Shown here piece after piece: positions 9,424-19,724 of a stretch of 56,005 nucleotides of DNA. The stretch's first letter is position 1, and every line of letters starts with the position of its first letter. The position numbers and the translations under genes were made by a program. Source of the DNA: Bdellovibrionales bacterium (GTDB lineage: Bacteria; Bdellovibrionota; Bdellovibrionia; Bdellovibrionales; UBA1609); NCBI GenBank assembly GCA_023299885.1, contig JALZUS010000003.1:1-56005 (forward strand), read 5' to 3'. Below the pieces are notes generated by a model. That model was not told the DNA's origin and searched no databases. It saw only the letters and a list, made by a program, of their open reading frames with translations.

Positions 9424-10557
9424 CTATCTATCCGCAGCAGGTTTCCACTTAAGACCTTCGTTGCCTTTCCAGTCACCACGTGGGCGATAAATTCTGTTTT
9501 GATCATACTGCTCAAACACATGAGACAACCAACCGCTTACACGAGAAGTTGCAAATATTGGAGTGTATAAATCTAAAGGGATACCCATGCTGTAGTAAAC
9601 AGTTGCAGAGTAAAAATCTACATTAGGCAGTAAACCTTTTTCACTTGTTACCGTGTTATCTAAAATTTCAGACATTTCATAAAACTTACCGTTACCAGTT
9701 AGCTCTGAAAGGCTTTTGCTCATGCCTCTTAAGATTTTTGCTCTTGGGTCACCGTTTTTGTAAACTCTGTGTCCAAAGCCCATAATCTTTTCTTTATTAG
9801 CTAATGCTGTATTTACCCAATCTTGAGCTTTATCTACAGAACCAATTTCCATTAATGTACGCATCACTTGCTCGTTAGCACCGCCGTGAAGTGGGCCTTT
9901 AAGAGCGCCAATACCTGCAGTAATAGCCGAATAAATGTCACTAAGTGATGACGCAACAACTCTTGTTGTAAATGCAGAGCAGTTTAACTCATGGTCTGCA
10001 TGTAAAATTAAACATGTATCAAATACTTTAACCGCTTCAGCTTTAGGCTCTTCACCTTTTAGCATGTATAAGAAGTTCCAAGCGACTGACTGTCCTGCTT
10101 TTGGAGCAACATAGTCTTTACCTTCACGAAGCCTTTGGAATAAAGCTACTAATGAACCCATTCTACCAGTTAAAGACATTGCTACTTTTTCTTGGTCAGC
10201 TCTGTCTGTTGATTGAGCGTTAGCATCCCATAAAGATAAAGTAGAAACCGCAGACCTTAACCAAGCCATCGGGTGAACATCTTTAGTTGGGAACTTTTTT
10301 AATAACTCAACAAGCTCAGGCTCTAAAGCTAAGCCACTGCTTAACTCTTTACTAAAATCTGATAACTCAGACGCTGTTGGCAGCCTGTTGTTCCATAATA
10401 AATAAATAACTTCTTCAAAACTTGAGTTTTCTGCTAAGTCTTCGATTGTGTACCCACGGTAACAAAGTGTTGCATCAACAATTGATGAAATCTTTGTTGT
10501 ACAAGCCACAACTCCCTCTAAACCACGATCTAATGCTCCACTATATACTTCAGCCAT
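9424..10557 (-). CDS. Citrate synthase / 2-methylcitrate synthase (short type)
   Basis: GLEGV, YRGY, HPM, HADHELN.S, GPLHGGAN, GFGHRVYK, DPRA, PNVDFYS. Confidence 0.95.
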   Translation of the reverse strand: MAEVYSGALDRGLEGVVACTTKISSIVDATLCYRGYTIEDLAENSSFEEVIYLLWNNRLPTASELSDFSKELSSGLALEPELVELLKKFPTKDVHPMAWLRSAVSTLSLWDANAQSTDRADQEKVAMSLTGRMGSLVALFQRLREGKDYVAPKAGQSVAWNFLYMLKGEEPKAEAVKVFDTCLILHADHELNCSAFTTRVVASSLSDIYSAITAGIGALKGPLHGGANEQVMRTLMEIGSVDKAQDWVNTALANKEKIMGFGHRVYKNGDPRAKILRGMSKSLSELTGNGKFYEMSEILDNTVTSEKGLLPNVDFYSATVYYSMGIPLDLYTPIFATSRVSGWLSHVFEQYDQNRIYRPRGDWKGNEGLKWKPAADR

Positions 10558-10667
10558 AATAATCCTCTTTATGTAATTAAAAATTAATAATAGTTAATTT
10601 ATCAGCAGCAGAGCCAAGGTAATACCCCTGACACATTGTTACGCCTAAGAATTATTCAAAGGGCCTG

Positions 10668-11555
10668 CTATGAGCCCGCCAGCTTTAAAACATTGCCCTT
10701 TACTGATGCAGTAACTACCGTTAAGTCCTGCTTGAGCTCCCCACCTTGAGAATGTTTTTTAACGGCCATCAAAATAGAATTCCTAAGCTCATGCACTCCC
10801 GAGGCAGCTCCCAAGGCACTTTGAAACAGCCTCTCAAGGCCAAACTCTTCACCTTCTAAATTTTGAACCTTAATTAATCCCGAAGAAACAAAAATGAGTT
10901 GGTCTTTTGGCTCTAAAATAAGTTGTGCCTCATTAATCTCATCATGAAAATCATTTGAAAACTCTGAAGACTCAACTCCTAAAGGAATCAGCTCTTTACC
11001 TCTTAAAATATAGCCCAAGCAAGAGCCCAGGCGGCTCACTTTGATTTGCAGAGTGCGCCTATCAATCGTTGCATATATCAACGAGACCCTATCAGCCTCA
11101 CCCAATTCTTCTTTAAGCTCTTTTAGTAGGCTCATTAACATTTTTTTAGACGAAGTATATTTTGTCTTATCAAGCTCTTCAGAGCTCTTTAGCAAAACAG
11201 ACAACAATAATGCCGAGGCAGAATGCCCAGAGCAACTAGATACAAACACTCCAAACTTTAGATTTTTCTTTTCATTGTAGATATCAAAATAATCTCCACC
11301 ACTAATAAAACTTGGTAAAAACTTATGGCTAAAATCAAAACCTGGGATATTTGGGAGCTCAGTAGGAACCAATTGGTATTGGAGCTTCTGTAGTAATTTA
11401 TAATGACGATTTATTTGAGCAATTAAGCTCTCTAAGCGCTTATTGGCACTTATCATTTCTTTCTTAAAGTTTTCAATAATGCGATCTTTTTGGACTAAAT
11501 CAGCATTGAGCTCTTTAATTTTGTTTAGTAAAAATTGTTTATCGTTTTCGCTCAC
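10668..11555 (-). CDS. SpoIIE/RsbU-like PP2C-fold protein with N-terminal coiled coil (degenerate active site)
   Basis: LQYQLVP..P.IPG, GGDYFD, N..GEEFG..RL, QDLTVV. Confidence 0.82.
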   Translation of the reverse strand: MSENDKQFLLNKIKELNADLVQKDRIIENFKKEMISANKRLESLIAQINRHYKLLQKLQYQLVPTELPNIPGFDFSHKFLPSFISGGDYFDIYNEKKNLKFGVFVSSCSGHSASALLLSVLLKSSEELDKTKYTSSKKMLMSLLKELKEELGEADRVSLIYATIDRRTLQIKVSRLGSCLGYILRGKELIPLGVESSEFSNDFHDEINEAQLILEPKDQLIFVSSGLIKVQNLEGEEFGLERLFQSALGAASGVHELRNSILMAVKKHSQGGELKQDLTVVTASVKGNVLKLAGS

Positions 11556-11660
11556 CTATAAAGGCTAGGCTCTCAACACAATATGTCAATGCCATCTCTA
11601 CTGAGGTACTAATGCAAAGCTTAAAAAAGAACCGGACTTGAATATTTTTCATAGTTTGGT

Positions 11661-12503
11661 GTGATGAAGACAATGAATTTGAAAGAGCAACTTATCTGGG
11701 ACCAATTAAATATAGAACTTAAATTGTTCTCTATAGATCCTGATCATAATCTTATTCATTTTTTATTAAAGCTTGAAAGCTTTCTAGAACCAGAAAATAA
11801 TTTTTCTACTTTAGAAAACGAAATCACTCAACTTAGCTTTAATCTTTTTAGCCAATGTAAAGATTTGCCTGAAAACTTACAGATTAAAAAACTAAATGAA
11901 TTCTTTTTTAATGAGCTTCAATTTAAGATTGGAAAAAAACAACCCAACTTACTCTTAAGCCAACTTTTAAAGTCTAAAAAAAGCTCTGCCATTACCATCA
12001 ATGTTCTTTACTGCTTTTTTTGTACGCGTCTTAATCTAGCAGTTTTCCCAATAAACCTAAGCTCTAGTGTTTTAAAGTGGGTACGCGGAGGCAAATCAAG
12101 CTATCTCAATCTAGAAAATAATGGAAAGCTTGCCACCGAAAAAGATTTAGTAAAGTTTTTAAATAAGTCTGAGAGCCAAAAAGATATGTTTGAAATATCT
12201 AGCCAGTGCGACCAGCTTGATGACTACCTTGACCAGCTTTGTCAGTCTTACGAAAAAGAAAACAATTATTTCGCAGCCCTCTCTTGCCTTGATCTTTTAT
12301 TGCAAGGGAAACCAAGCCACTTGCCAACTTTAAAAAAGCGATCAGCATTAAAGCAAAAACTAGGCCTCAACAAAGAGGCGCTAAAAGACTTTAATACCTA
12401 TGCTTCATACTCTGAAATGAACACAAGCGACAAAGAACGCCTTATAGAGCTTACAGAATTAGCTCATGGCGATATTCATAATACTTCAACAACAATACAC
12501 TAA
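11661..12503 (+). CDS. SirB1/transglutaminase-like + TPR protein
   Basis: LNEFFFNELQF, LLLSQLL..KK segment, and TPR-like C-terminus (ALKDFNTY). Confidence 0.65.
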   Translation: MMKTMNLKEQLIWDQLNIELKLFSIDPDHNLIHFLLKLESFLEPENNFSTLENEITQLSFNLFSQCKDLPENLQIKKLNEFFFNELQFKIGKKQPNLLLSQLLKSKKSSAITINVLYCFFCTRLNLAVFPINLSSSVLKWVRGGKSSYLNLENNGKLATEKDLVKFLNKSESQKDMFEISSQCDQLDDYLDQLCQSYEKENNYFAALSCLDLLLQGKPSHLPTLKKRSALKQKLGLNKEALKDFNTYASYSEMNTSDKERLIELTELAHGDIHNTSTTIH

Positions 12504-12507
12504 TAGA

Positions 12508-14010
12508 TTAATTAAATTTTTTAATAAAGGTTTCTAGGCTTTTTATGCGCCTTTCCTCTTTATAGCTATCCGTAAAGCCAATAGAATTAGACCTCACCTC
12601 AGGGATTAGGTTGGTTGAAATAACCTGCTCTACAACCTTGTCTTCATAAATATTTTTTTGCTTTTTAACAAACTCTAAAGTTTCAGGACTTAAGTTATTA
12701 TAACAATAAAGTAGCGAGTTGCCGATTTGGGCTAAATTATCACTAAAACCCATAATTCTTTTTTCTAAAAACACTCTGTTATCAGAAAAGTTAAGGAAGC
12801 TTTTATTTCTAAAAAAATCATTAAGCTCGCTATCAATATTCCATAAGACTTTAGAGTATCTCTCTAGCTTTTTTTCAGCGTTATCATTTTTTTGGTCTGA
12901 CTCTAGTAAAATTTCAAACATGCTACTTACTAGCATGGCTGACTTTTTAACTTCTTGAGTCGCCTGTGCTCTCATTAAAGACGAGGCTGACTGAAAAGAG
13001 CTCCCTATAAATAAAAGCTTTTGGTTCTCTTTAGCTACTGGCTCCTGTACCAGCCAAGCCACAAAAGATCTAGATACGAAAAAAAGAGGTATTGTAAAAA
13101 TCAAAAACAATAAGCCAACGGCAATATCAACTAAAGGCAGTAAGTAGATAGCATCTATATAAGAAAATAAGTCATTTATAAGACCTCTGAAATTAAAAAA
13201 TACAATCAAGCACAAAATATTTACAACAGCATAACAAAGCGTGCGCCCCAAACAGAATTTAGCCACCTCAGTTTTTAGCTTCATGCCCAATAGTGACGAC
13301 GGCACAATAGACCCAAAATAGGAGCCTGTCATAACAGGTATAACAAAAGCAGTATGCATATAGCCTGCCTTGTAAAGAGCCATACAGATAAATAATGCCG
13401 ACCACGAGGATCTAAAAAATAAGCCTAATATAAACCCCAGCAAGGAAAACCCTATCCAAACTGAAAATACATGCAGGCTTGTTTCTTGTAACTCAAAAAA
13501 GGCAAAACCAACTTCTGGTTGAGTTGCTAAACCCCAGCCTAGTACTTGAAATGAGGACACCAATAAACCAATAGAAAATAAATAATGGCCAATCAATTCA
13601 AGCTGTTTTACTTTCAAGTAATAAACAAAATAAAAACCTATTGCAAAACATAAAAAACCTAAAGACCCCCACTCGAATATTAATGTCCATATTAGTAGCT
13701 TAGAAGATAGAAGCACACCGGCTAAAAATACAAAGGCCTGCTCTTTACTGACAAGGCCAGAGTTCACAAAGCTTATACATGAAGAATACAAAGTCCCTCT
13801 GGATGGTATGAGTGCCCCCACCCTAAAACCCAATAAATAGTTTCTAACTTGAGACACCTGTATTTTATCAAAAAATGAAGAAAAGAACTTTGAAAAAATA
13901 ATTTGATTAGCGCCAGTAAAGGCACGCTTAGCAATTAAAGAAAAGAAAGTTTGAGAGCAAATAAAAGCACTCAAGAGTATTGCAGCATTCCAATCAAACA
14001 GTAATGACAT
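12508..14010 (-). CDS. Divergent Na/Pi-cotransporter-like membrane protein with PhoU-like C-terminus
   Basis: Many TM helices, SFVNSGLVS..QA, FRSSWSA, GSYFGS repeats, helical cytoplasmic tail. Confidence 0.6.
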   Translation of the reverse strand: MSLLFDWNAAILLSAFICSQTFFSLIAKRAFTGANQIIFSKFFSSFFDKIQVSQVRNYLLGFRVGALIPSRGTLYSSCISFVNSGLVSKEQAFVFLAGVLLSSKLLIWTLIFEWGSLGFLCFAIGFYFVYYLKVKQLELIGHYLFSIGLLVSSFQVLGWGLATQPEVGFAFFELQETSLHVFSVWIGFSLLGFILGLFFRSSWSALFICMALYKAGYMHTAFVIPVMTGSYFGSIVPSSLLGMKLKTEVAKFCLGRTLCYAVVNILCLIVFFNFRGLINDLFSYIDAIYLLPLVDIAVGLLFLIFTIPLFFVSRSFVAWLVQEPVAKENQKLLFIGSSFQSASSLMRAQATQEVKKSAMLVSSMFEILLESDQKNDNAEKKLERYSKVLWNIDSELNDFFRNKSFLNFSDNRVFLEKRIMGFSDNLAQIGNSLLYCYNNLSPETLEFVKKQKNIYEDKVVEQVISTNLIPEVRSNSIGFTDSYKEERRIKSLETFIKKFN

Positions 14011-14027
14011 AGAGCTATTTTAACGCT

Positions 14028-14726
14028 TTAGTTATTAGTATACAAATCATACCTAACACTCTTGCCTGTAAAACTATGCGCCACTAGCTTGTCTTTAGGC
14101 TGCTTAATAGGCCTTTTGACTACTACTCTTGGTATGCCTAGCCCTTTTGCCCATTCTATAAATTGACTCTCAGTTGATGAATCCACAGTGAAGCTTTCAT
14201 TAATTTTTCTAAAAAGCTGCATATCTTTTTTAGGTAATGCTGATTTATTCACATGATGAAACATTGGGTCTATATAAATGACATCAGCATCTGTATCATT
14301 CACTTCTAAACTATTACCAAAAACTAAATTTAATCCAGAAAAACTATCGATGCTTTTAGTAGCTACGCTTATAGCTGATTTTGAAAGCTCATACACAAGA
14401 GGCTGAATTTCAAAAGCTGTCACTTCATGGCCCAAGAGTAACATTTTATGGCTATCTTTAAGGAGACCAGCCGTCGCATCTAATATTTTTTTAGAACCCT
14501 TGCCAATTGCTTTAGCAAAAACAGAGCCTTCAAGCTTGAAGTATTTTTTTGAAAAATCAAAACCTACGCCCTTTAAATCTTTATAATCGACGCAAAGCCC
14601 ATCTTTTGCTTTTTTTAAGTAAAAGGCCTCTTTGTTACCTTTTTGGCTGACTATAGGCCAACCATGAGAGGCTGATATCTCATGAGCCCATTGGCTGTCA
14701 TCATCATCAGCAAGGATAAAAATCAC
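14028..14726 (-). CDS. rsmJ: 16S rRNA m2G1516 methyltransferase
   Basis: ILDATAGL.KDS, VIYIDPMF, SALPKKDMQLF, RVVVKRP, RYDLY. Confidence 0.9.
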   Translation of the reverse strand: MIFILADDDDSQWAHEISASHGWPIVSQKGNKEAFYLKKAKDGLCVDYKDLKGVGFDFSKKYFKLEGSVFAKAIGKGSKKILDATAGLLKDSHKMLLLGHEVTAFEIQPLVYELSKSAISVATKSIDSFSGLNLVFGNSLEVNDTDADVIYIDPMFHHVNKSALPKKDMQLFRKINESFTVDSSTESQFIEWAKGLGIPRVVVKRPIKQPKDKLVAHSFTGKSVRYDLYTNN

Positions 14727-14727
14727 A

Positions 14728-15789
14728 TTAGATCCAAAAACTGATTAAAACAAAAGTACTTAATAGAACATGAAGATCAACAACTCTGTATCTTAAGCTT
14801 TCTAAGTCTGAAGACAAAGGAGACCGTGAACCCAATATAGTCCTAAGAATACCCCAGCAATAAAAGCCATATGGAAACAATAAAAACAAAGCTATAGAGG
14901 CTGTGCTAAATGAATACATGAAACCAGCAAACAAGGTCCAATTAAGAAACAATTGATAACCTATAAATTTTTTAGCCTTATCAAAACCTAAATAAGTCAC
15001 TAAATTTCTTTCTCCAGAACGAGAATCAGCCACTATATTTTCTAGTTGCCTTGCTTGCATAATTAAAAAAGCAAGCTGCCCAAACAACAAACTCAATGCC
15101 CACTCTTTTGCGCCCATTGGGCTACCAAGGACACTAGTGAAACCAAAGACAATTAATGGTCCAAAGCAAATAAAAGCTAAAATTTCTCCAAAACCTATGG
15201 CTTTAAGGTTAGGCCCATTGAAGCTGTAAATTAAAACGAGTAAAGAAATAAAAAGCACTGAAGCTATAAATATGAGCGGCTGGTTAATTAACACGAAAAA
15301 TCCAACTGCAGCACCCATGCCAAACATAATTACACCCAAAGATTTTACAAAGTTAGCTGGCAACCAACCTTTTTGAATCACTTGACTGCCGCCAAGTTGG
15401 TTCACCCTATCAGAGCCACCCATATGGTCTTTATAATCATTCAGTGCAAATACTGCCGAGTGAAAGCAAAATAAAGAAAGCAATGAAAGGCCCATATATA
15501 AGATATCAACAGACTGTCCCTTAGAGAAAGCATACCCAATGCAAGCGATTGCGGGCCCAAAAGAAAGGCTAAGCCATTCAACCCTAAAAAGCTTACCTAG
15601 TAATAATATTATATTAGGTAATTTAATTTGATCTTTTTCAAATATTAAAAAAGTAACTTTCTCGTTCTCAGTATTTGCATAAAAAACTTTTTGAGGAATA
15701 GCACGCTTATGACTTGAAAAAGTGCCATCTAAATAGGATTGAAACTCTTTGTCTTTTTTTAATACTGTCACAAATTCAGGAGTACTCAT
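14728..15789 (-). CDS. UbiA-family prenyltransferase, MenA-like paralog with N-terminal extension
   Basis: NDYKDHMGGSD, GGSQVIQKG, GFGEILAFICFGP; ATG 15789 overlaps the upstream TGA (ATGA). Confidence 0.82.
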   Translation of the reverse strand: MSTPEFVTVLKKDKEFQSYLDGTFSSHKRAIPQKVFYANTENEKVTFLIFEKDQIKLPNIILLLGKLFRVEWLSLSFGPAIACIGYAFSKGQSVDILYMGLSLLSLFCFHSAVFALNDYKDHMGGSDRVNQLGGSQVIQKGWLPANFVKSLGVIMFGMGAAVGFFVLINQPLIFIASVLFISLLVLIYSFNGPNLKAIGFGEILAFICFGPLIVFGFTSVLGSPMGAKEWALSLLFGQLAFLIMQARQLENIVADSRSGERNLVTYLGFDKAKKFIGYQLFLNWTLFAGFMYSFSTASIALFLLFPYGFYCWGILRTILGSRSPLSSDLESLRYRVVDLHVLLSTFVLISFWI

Positions 15790-16712
15790 TTTTGTTTTCT
15801 CCAATACAATAATTCAGGTAAAGGCTTTAAGTTTTCTATTAAAGCTTTTGGCGCATGCTGAGAAAGCTCCAGTAAATAATGATTGTATTTAGCAATAAGC
15901 TCTTCATTCTCGGCATCAAACTGCGAGAGTTTGTCTATAAAATAATTTTTACCAACAACATTGTAAATATCATCTAATGTTTGAACTTTTTTATAGTCTT
16001 CAACTATAGGCCTTGAAAGCTCAGACAATAAATAAGCAGAAAAAGAATTCATATAGCCTGACTTTAAATCACCCAAAATAGCCTTACCTTCAGCATTCCT
16101 AATATCAAAATCTAATAAGTCATCACTTCTTTGAAATAATAAGCCAAGGATTACTCCCAGTTCGTTTAAAATTTCATAAATCTCTTTAGACTTATTTTCT
16201 TGAGCAATAAAAGGAGCCACCAAACACCACTTAAACAATGATCCTGTTTTTAACTTATGCACTTGATCTAGCTGAGACGCTTTAACGCTCCAGTCATGAA
16301 CCAAAGAATCTTGTATCCACTCACCCTCTAGTAAGTCTGAAATAGTTTGAGCTGTTTTTTGAATTAATTCTAAATTGCCATAAGAAGATAAATTAACCAT
16401 AACTCTAGCCAATAAATAGTCACCAGCAAGGACAGCATACTCTGGAGTATACTTTAGCCAAGCCGCTGTTTTATTTCTCCTTAATGCAGACCTATCAATA
16501 AGATCATCATGTAAAAGAGAGGCGTTATGGATAAACTCAATAGTTTGGCATAAAAGAAGAAGAGTTTTTTTATCTATACCCAGAGGCTCAGCTACAAAAC
16601 TTACTAACTTAGAGCGGAAGCCTTTACCGCCAGTAAATAAATCATCATACAAACCATTTAACTTAGGTAAGTATTTTGGGAAATCGCTCGACTGATAATA
16701 TTTTAAACTCAT
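15786..16712 (-). CDS. Trans-polyprenyl diphosphate synthase
   Basis: GGK.FR, HNASLLHDDLID (FARM), AVLAGDYLL, KTGSLF, FQRSDDLLD (SARM). Confidence 0.92.
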   Translation of the reverse strand: MSLKYYQSSDFPKYLPKLNGLYDDLFTGGKGFRSKLVSFVAEPLGIDKKTLLLLCQTIEFIHNASLLHDDLIDRSALRRNKTAAWLKYTPEYAVLAGDYLLARVMVNLSSYGNLELIQKTAQTISDLLEGEWIQDSLVHDWSVKASQLDQVHKLKTGSLFKWCLVAPFIAQENKSKEIYEILNELGVILGLLFQRSDDLLDFDIRNAEGKAILGDLKSGYMNSFSAYLLSELSRPIVEDYKKVQTLDDIYNVVGKNYFIDKLSQFDAENEELIAKYNHYLLELSQHAPKALIENLKPLPELLYWRKQK

Positions 16713-16779
16713 TGTTCTTGTTTTAATAGATTTGGTACCTATGGTAAAGCCATAGTTATTATGCCTGCACGAGCTACGC

Positions 16780-17847
16780 CTAGATTAACCCTAAGGCTTC
16801 AATAATTTTTGGAATCTGTGGTTTACCCAATGCTGACCTGGGTATTTCAGAAAGTTGGTAAATTTTACTGACCCTATTTGGTCCCTCCGCATTTAAATTA
16901 TAAGCCTCAATACGGGCTGAAACCTCACTAAACACACTGCTTTCAGATATAACAATTAATCTATTTTCTGTACGACCATCTTTAACAAAAGCTAATTCTA
17001 TTTTTTGCGCCCATTGAGGATAGTTTTTCAATAACTCTGATTTGATCTGCTCTTTATCCACCAAAACACCTAATATTTTTTTAGATGATGAGTCTCTACG
17101 CACTGATATTAACTGATTGGACTCTATAATAGCTTTATCTGAAGTTAAAAAATCATGCTCTCGTTTTTTGATACTTTTTTTTAGGGGGCAGTAATAACCT
17201 TCAAATAAGAAATCACTTTTTATTTTTAAAAACCCCTCATTATTTATGCTTGGTCTAACATGACTTAAAAAATTTAATGCTGGGTAAGCATAAGAAGCCA
17301 AGCTCTCTAATGAGGCTGTTGCTACTTGAGAGCCCGCCTCAGACAAACCGTATGTTGGAAGAATAGGCCAACCTAAATCTCTGGCTTTTTTATAAAGGCT
17401 AGAACTGATGGCGCCGCCCCCTACAAGGACAAATCGTATATGTTGAGGTGCTTTTAGATTTTTCTCTACTAAATCATAAACTTGAGTGGGCACCAGCGAA
17501 CTCACTGTGGCTTTTTTAATTTTTTTAATAAATACTTCTGGGTTCCATTTTTCTTTACTTGAGATAATTTGAAAGCCTGCGCTATAAGCACGAGCGCCTA
17601 CTGATAAAGAAGCTACATGATGAGAAGGTAAGACATCAAGCCAAGTATCTTTAGCTGTCATATTTAAAAATTGATTGGCAGATTCAGCAGCTTTTAAAAA
17701 TTTATTTTTTTTATAAGCTATCCATTTAGAATCCGCCGTACTGCCTGAAGTCTGATAAAATATAAAATTATCTTCAACATCTAGTCCCAAAGGCTTAGAG
17801 GCTCCAACCCAAATATTATCTCTGCTGCTAAACAGTGAGCTATGCAT
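16780..17847 (-). CDS. menE: O-succinylbenzoate-CoA ligase
   Basis: TSGST, LPSHHV, SLVPTQ, TYGLSEAGSQ, IPRSALGK; within the men cluster. Confidence 0.85.
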   Translation of the reverse strand: MHSSLFSSRDNIWVGASKPLGLDVEDNFIFYQTSGSTADSKWIAYKKNKFLKAAESANQFLNMTAKDTWLDVLPSHHVASLSVGARAYSAGFQIISSKEKWNPEVFIKKIKKATVSSLVPTQVYDLVEKNLKAPQHIRFVLVGGGAISSSLYKKARDLGWPILPTYGLSEAGSQVATASLESLASYAYPALNFLSHVRPSINNEGFLKIKSDFLFEGYYCPLKKSIKKREHDFLTSDKAIIESNQLISVRRDSSSKKILGVLVDKEQIKSELLKNYPQWAQKIELAFVKDGRTENRLIVISESSVFSEVSARIEAYNLNAEGPNRVSKIYQLSEIPRSALGKPQIPKIIEALGLI

Positions 17848-18838
17848 TTAAAATTTTCCAAGGAAGCTTTTCTAAATCTGAACTAGAGCCAAACCCTATA
17901 TCTTCTTTTGGGACAATGTGTGGGCCTTTAACTTCGAAAGGCTGAAAGTGTGCATCCCACTCGAATTGCTCTCCTGGTAAAAATCCACAGTCCATAAGCT
18001 TATCTTTAATAAAAAACTGTAACTTAATCGCCATGGCCATAGCTGATAAAATACCAAAAGGATGATCCATACTATGTGTCACTACGAAGTGAAGGTTTTT
18101 ACTTTTTACCTTTTTAAGTCTTTCAATAATATTATATCGACCAGGCTTTAACACCATGACATCTGCAGCTAGGTTTTCGAAATCTATATCTAATGCACAA
18201 TTATCAATTGCTAATTTTACGCCAAAAGACTGCAAATGGCTCCACTCTTCATCATTATAGTTACAAATATCTTCTACAAATTGGATCTTAGATTTAGCCT
18301 CCGCTGACAGCTGACTTAAAAAAGCTTTAGCTTGTTCAAAACTTAAAAGATTATTAAAATCAAATCTCCATAACAAATTGGATCCCGCACTCAATTGCTC
18401 TATGGTTTCAATATTTTGAGCAGTCGCTAGATCAGACTTTATCTTAATAACCTTAAATCCTTCTTTTTCTATAGCTTTTAAACTCTCAATTGTAAGTTCA
18501 TCCAAGCTAGAAATAAGCTTATGGTTTCTTAACATAAAACCTGAGGCCAATAGATCCGTATCGTTGCTACGCGCCTGCGCATCCAACATAGAAAGAGTCA
18601 TAGCATTTTTCACTAAGTCTGAAGGTTGGTCTAACAACAAACCCTCCATCTGAAAACTTAATGGTGCGTCTTTAAAAAAAGGTTTTGGACAAATATCAGC
18701 GTAACCAAATTGCCCAGGCTTCCATTCACAACCTATAATACAACCTTCTTGGTTAGATACAGTTGATTTTGACCGGTTGAGAGGCTTTAAGCCTTTTAAA
18801 TCATAATTATATATTTTTATACTAAGTGGTAACATCAA
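17840..18838 (-). CDS. menC: O-succinylbenzoate synthase (enolase superfamily)
   Basis: KIK, RFDFN, FVED, AID, VLKP motifs; men cluster context. Confidence 0.82.
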   Translation of the reverse strand: MMLPLSIKIYNYDLKGLKPLNRSKSTVSNQEGCIIGCEWKPGQFGYADICPKPFFKDAPLSFQMEGLLLDQPSDLVKNAMTLSMLDAQARSNDTDLLASGFMLRNHKLISSLDELTIESLKAIEKEGFKVIKIKSDLATAQNIETIEQLSAGSNLLWRFDFNNLLSFEQAKAFLSQLSAEAKSKIQFVEDICNYNDEEWSHLQSFGVKLAIDNCALDIDFENLAADVMVLKPGRYNIIERLKKVKSKNLHFVVTHSMDHPFGILSAMAMAIKLQFFIKDKLMDCGFLPGEQFEWDAHFQPFEVKGPHIVPKEDIGFGSSSDLEKLPWKILNA

Positions 18839-19724
18839 TTATTAATCCTACACAAAATAATAAACTATAGATAATACAAATCTTTGAAGACTCTGCTAAA
18901 TACTGGTTATACCTAGACGAAGGCTCTTCTTTAAACAGCTTAACAACTAGCCTTAACACCAAAAGAAAGGCTATCAATGGCAGAAAAGCCGCCCACTTTA
19001 GACCTTGGCCCCACCAAAAAAAACTACAAGAAAATATAGCCACGTAAATAAAAAGCACTTCATAGCGACTAAAAGTTAAACCAAATCTAGCAGCCAATGT
19101 CATTTTATTCACTTTTTTATCTTCTTTATAATCACGCATATTATTAATCACAATTAATACTGTTGCTAAGAGCCCTGCCTGCAACCCAGCAATAAAGCTA
19201 ATTAAATCATACTGGCCTGCTTGCAAATAATAAGTACCGCCGACAGCAACAAAGCCAAAAAAAATAAGGACAAATAAATCACCTAGTCCCAAATATGCTA
19301 AAGGAAAGGGCCCACCCGTATAACCATAAGCAAAAAATAAAGAAAGTAAGCCAACAAACAATATAGGCATACCCCCTTCAAGCACCAAAGGGATAGACAG
19401 CAAAGCCGCTAACAACAAGCAACCATAAGCCATTTTCATAACATGTTCGTAAGTATAAACTCCTGATTGAATCATTCGTTTTGGACCTAAGCGTGTTTCT
19501 TTGTCTGCACCTTTTTTAAAGTCCTTAGCATCATTTATAAAATTTGTAGCAATCTGTATTAATAGCGCTGCCAATAAAGTTAGTAACATTATTGTTTTAT
19601 TAATAGAACCAATACTCACAAAAGCTAATGTCGTACCAATAGCTACAGGGACTACTGCAGCTGATAAGGTTTTTACTCTTAAAGATAATAAAAAAGGCCT
19701 AAGTTTCACTAGATAAAACCCCAT
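18822..19724 (-). CDS. menA: 1,4-dihydroxy-2-naphthoate prenyltransferase
   Basis: R.KTL.AA..P, QIATNFINDAKDFKKGAD, YTGGPFPLAYLGLGD, NNMRDYKED. Confidence 0.93.
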   Translation of the reverse strand: MGFYLVKLRPFLLSLRVKTLSAAVVPVAIGTTLAFVSIGSINKTIMLLTLLAALLIQIATNFINDAKDFKKGADKETRLGPKRMIQSGVYTYEHVMKMAYGCLLLAALLSIPLVLEGGMPILFVGLLSLFFAYGYTGGPFPLAYLGLGDLFVLIFFGFVAVGGTYYLQAGQYDLISFIAGLQAGLLATVLIVINNMRDYKEDKKVNKMTLAARFGLTFSRYEVLFIYVAIFSCSFFWWGQGLKWAAFLPLIAFLLVLRLVVKLFKEEPSSRYNQYLAESSKICIIYSLLFCVGLIIDVTT

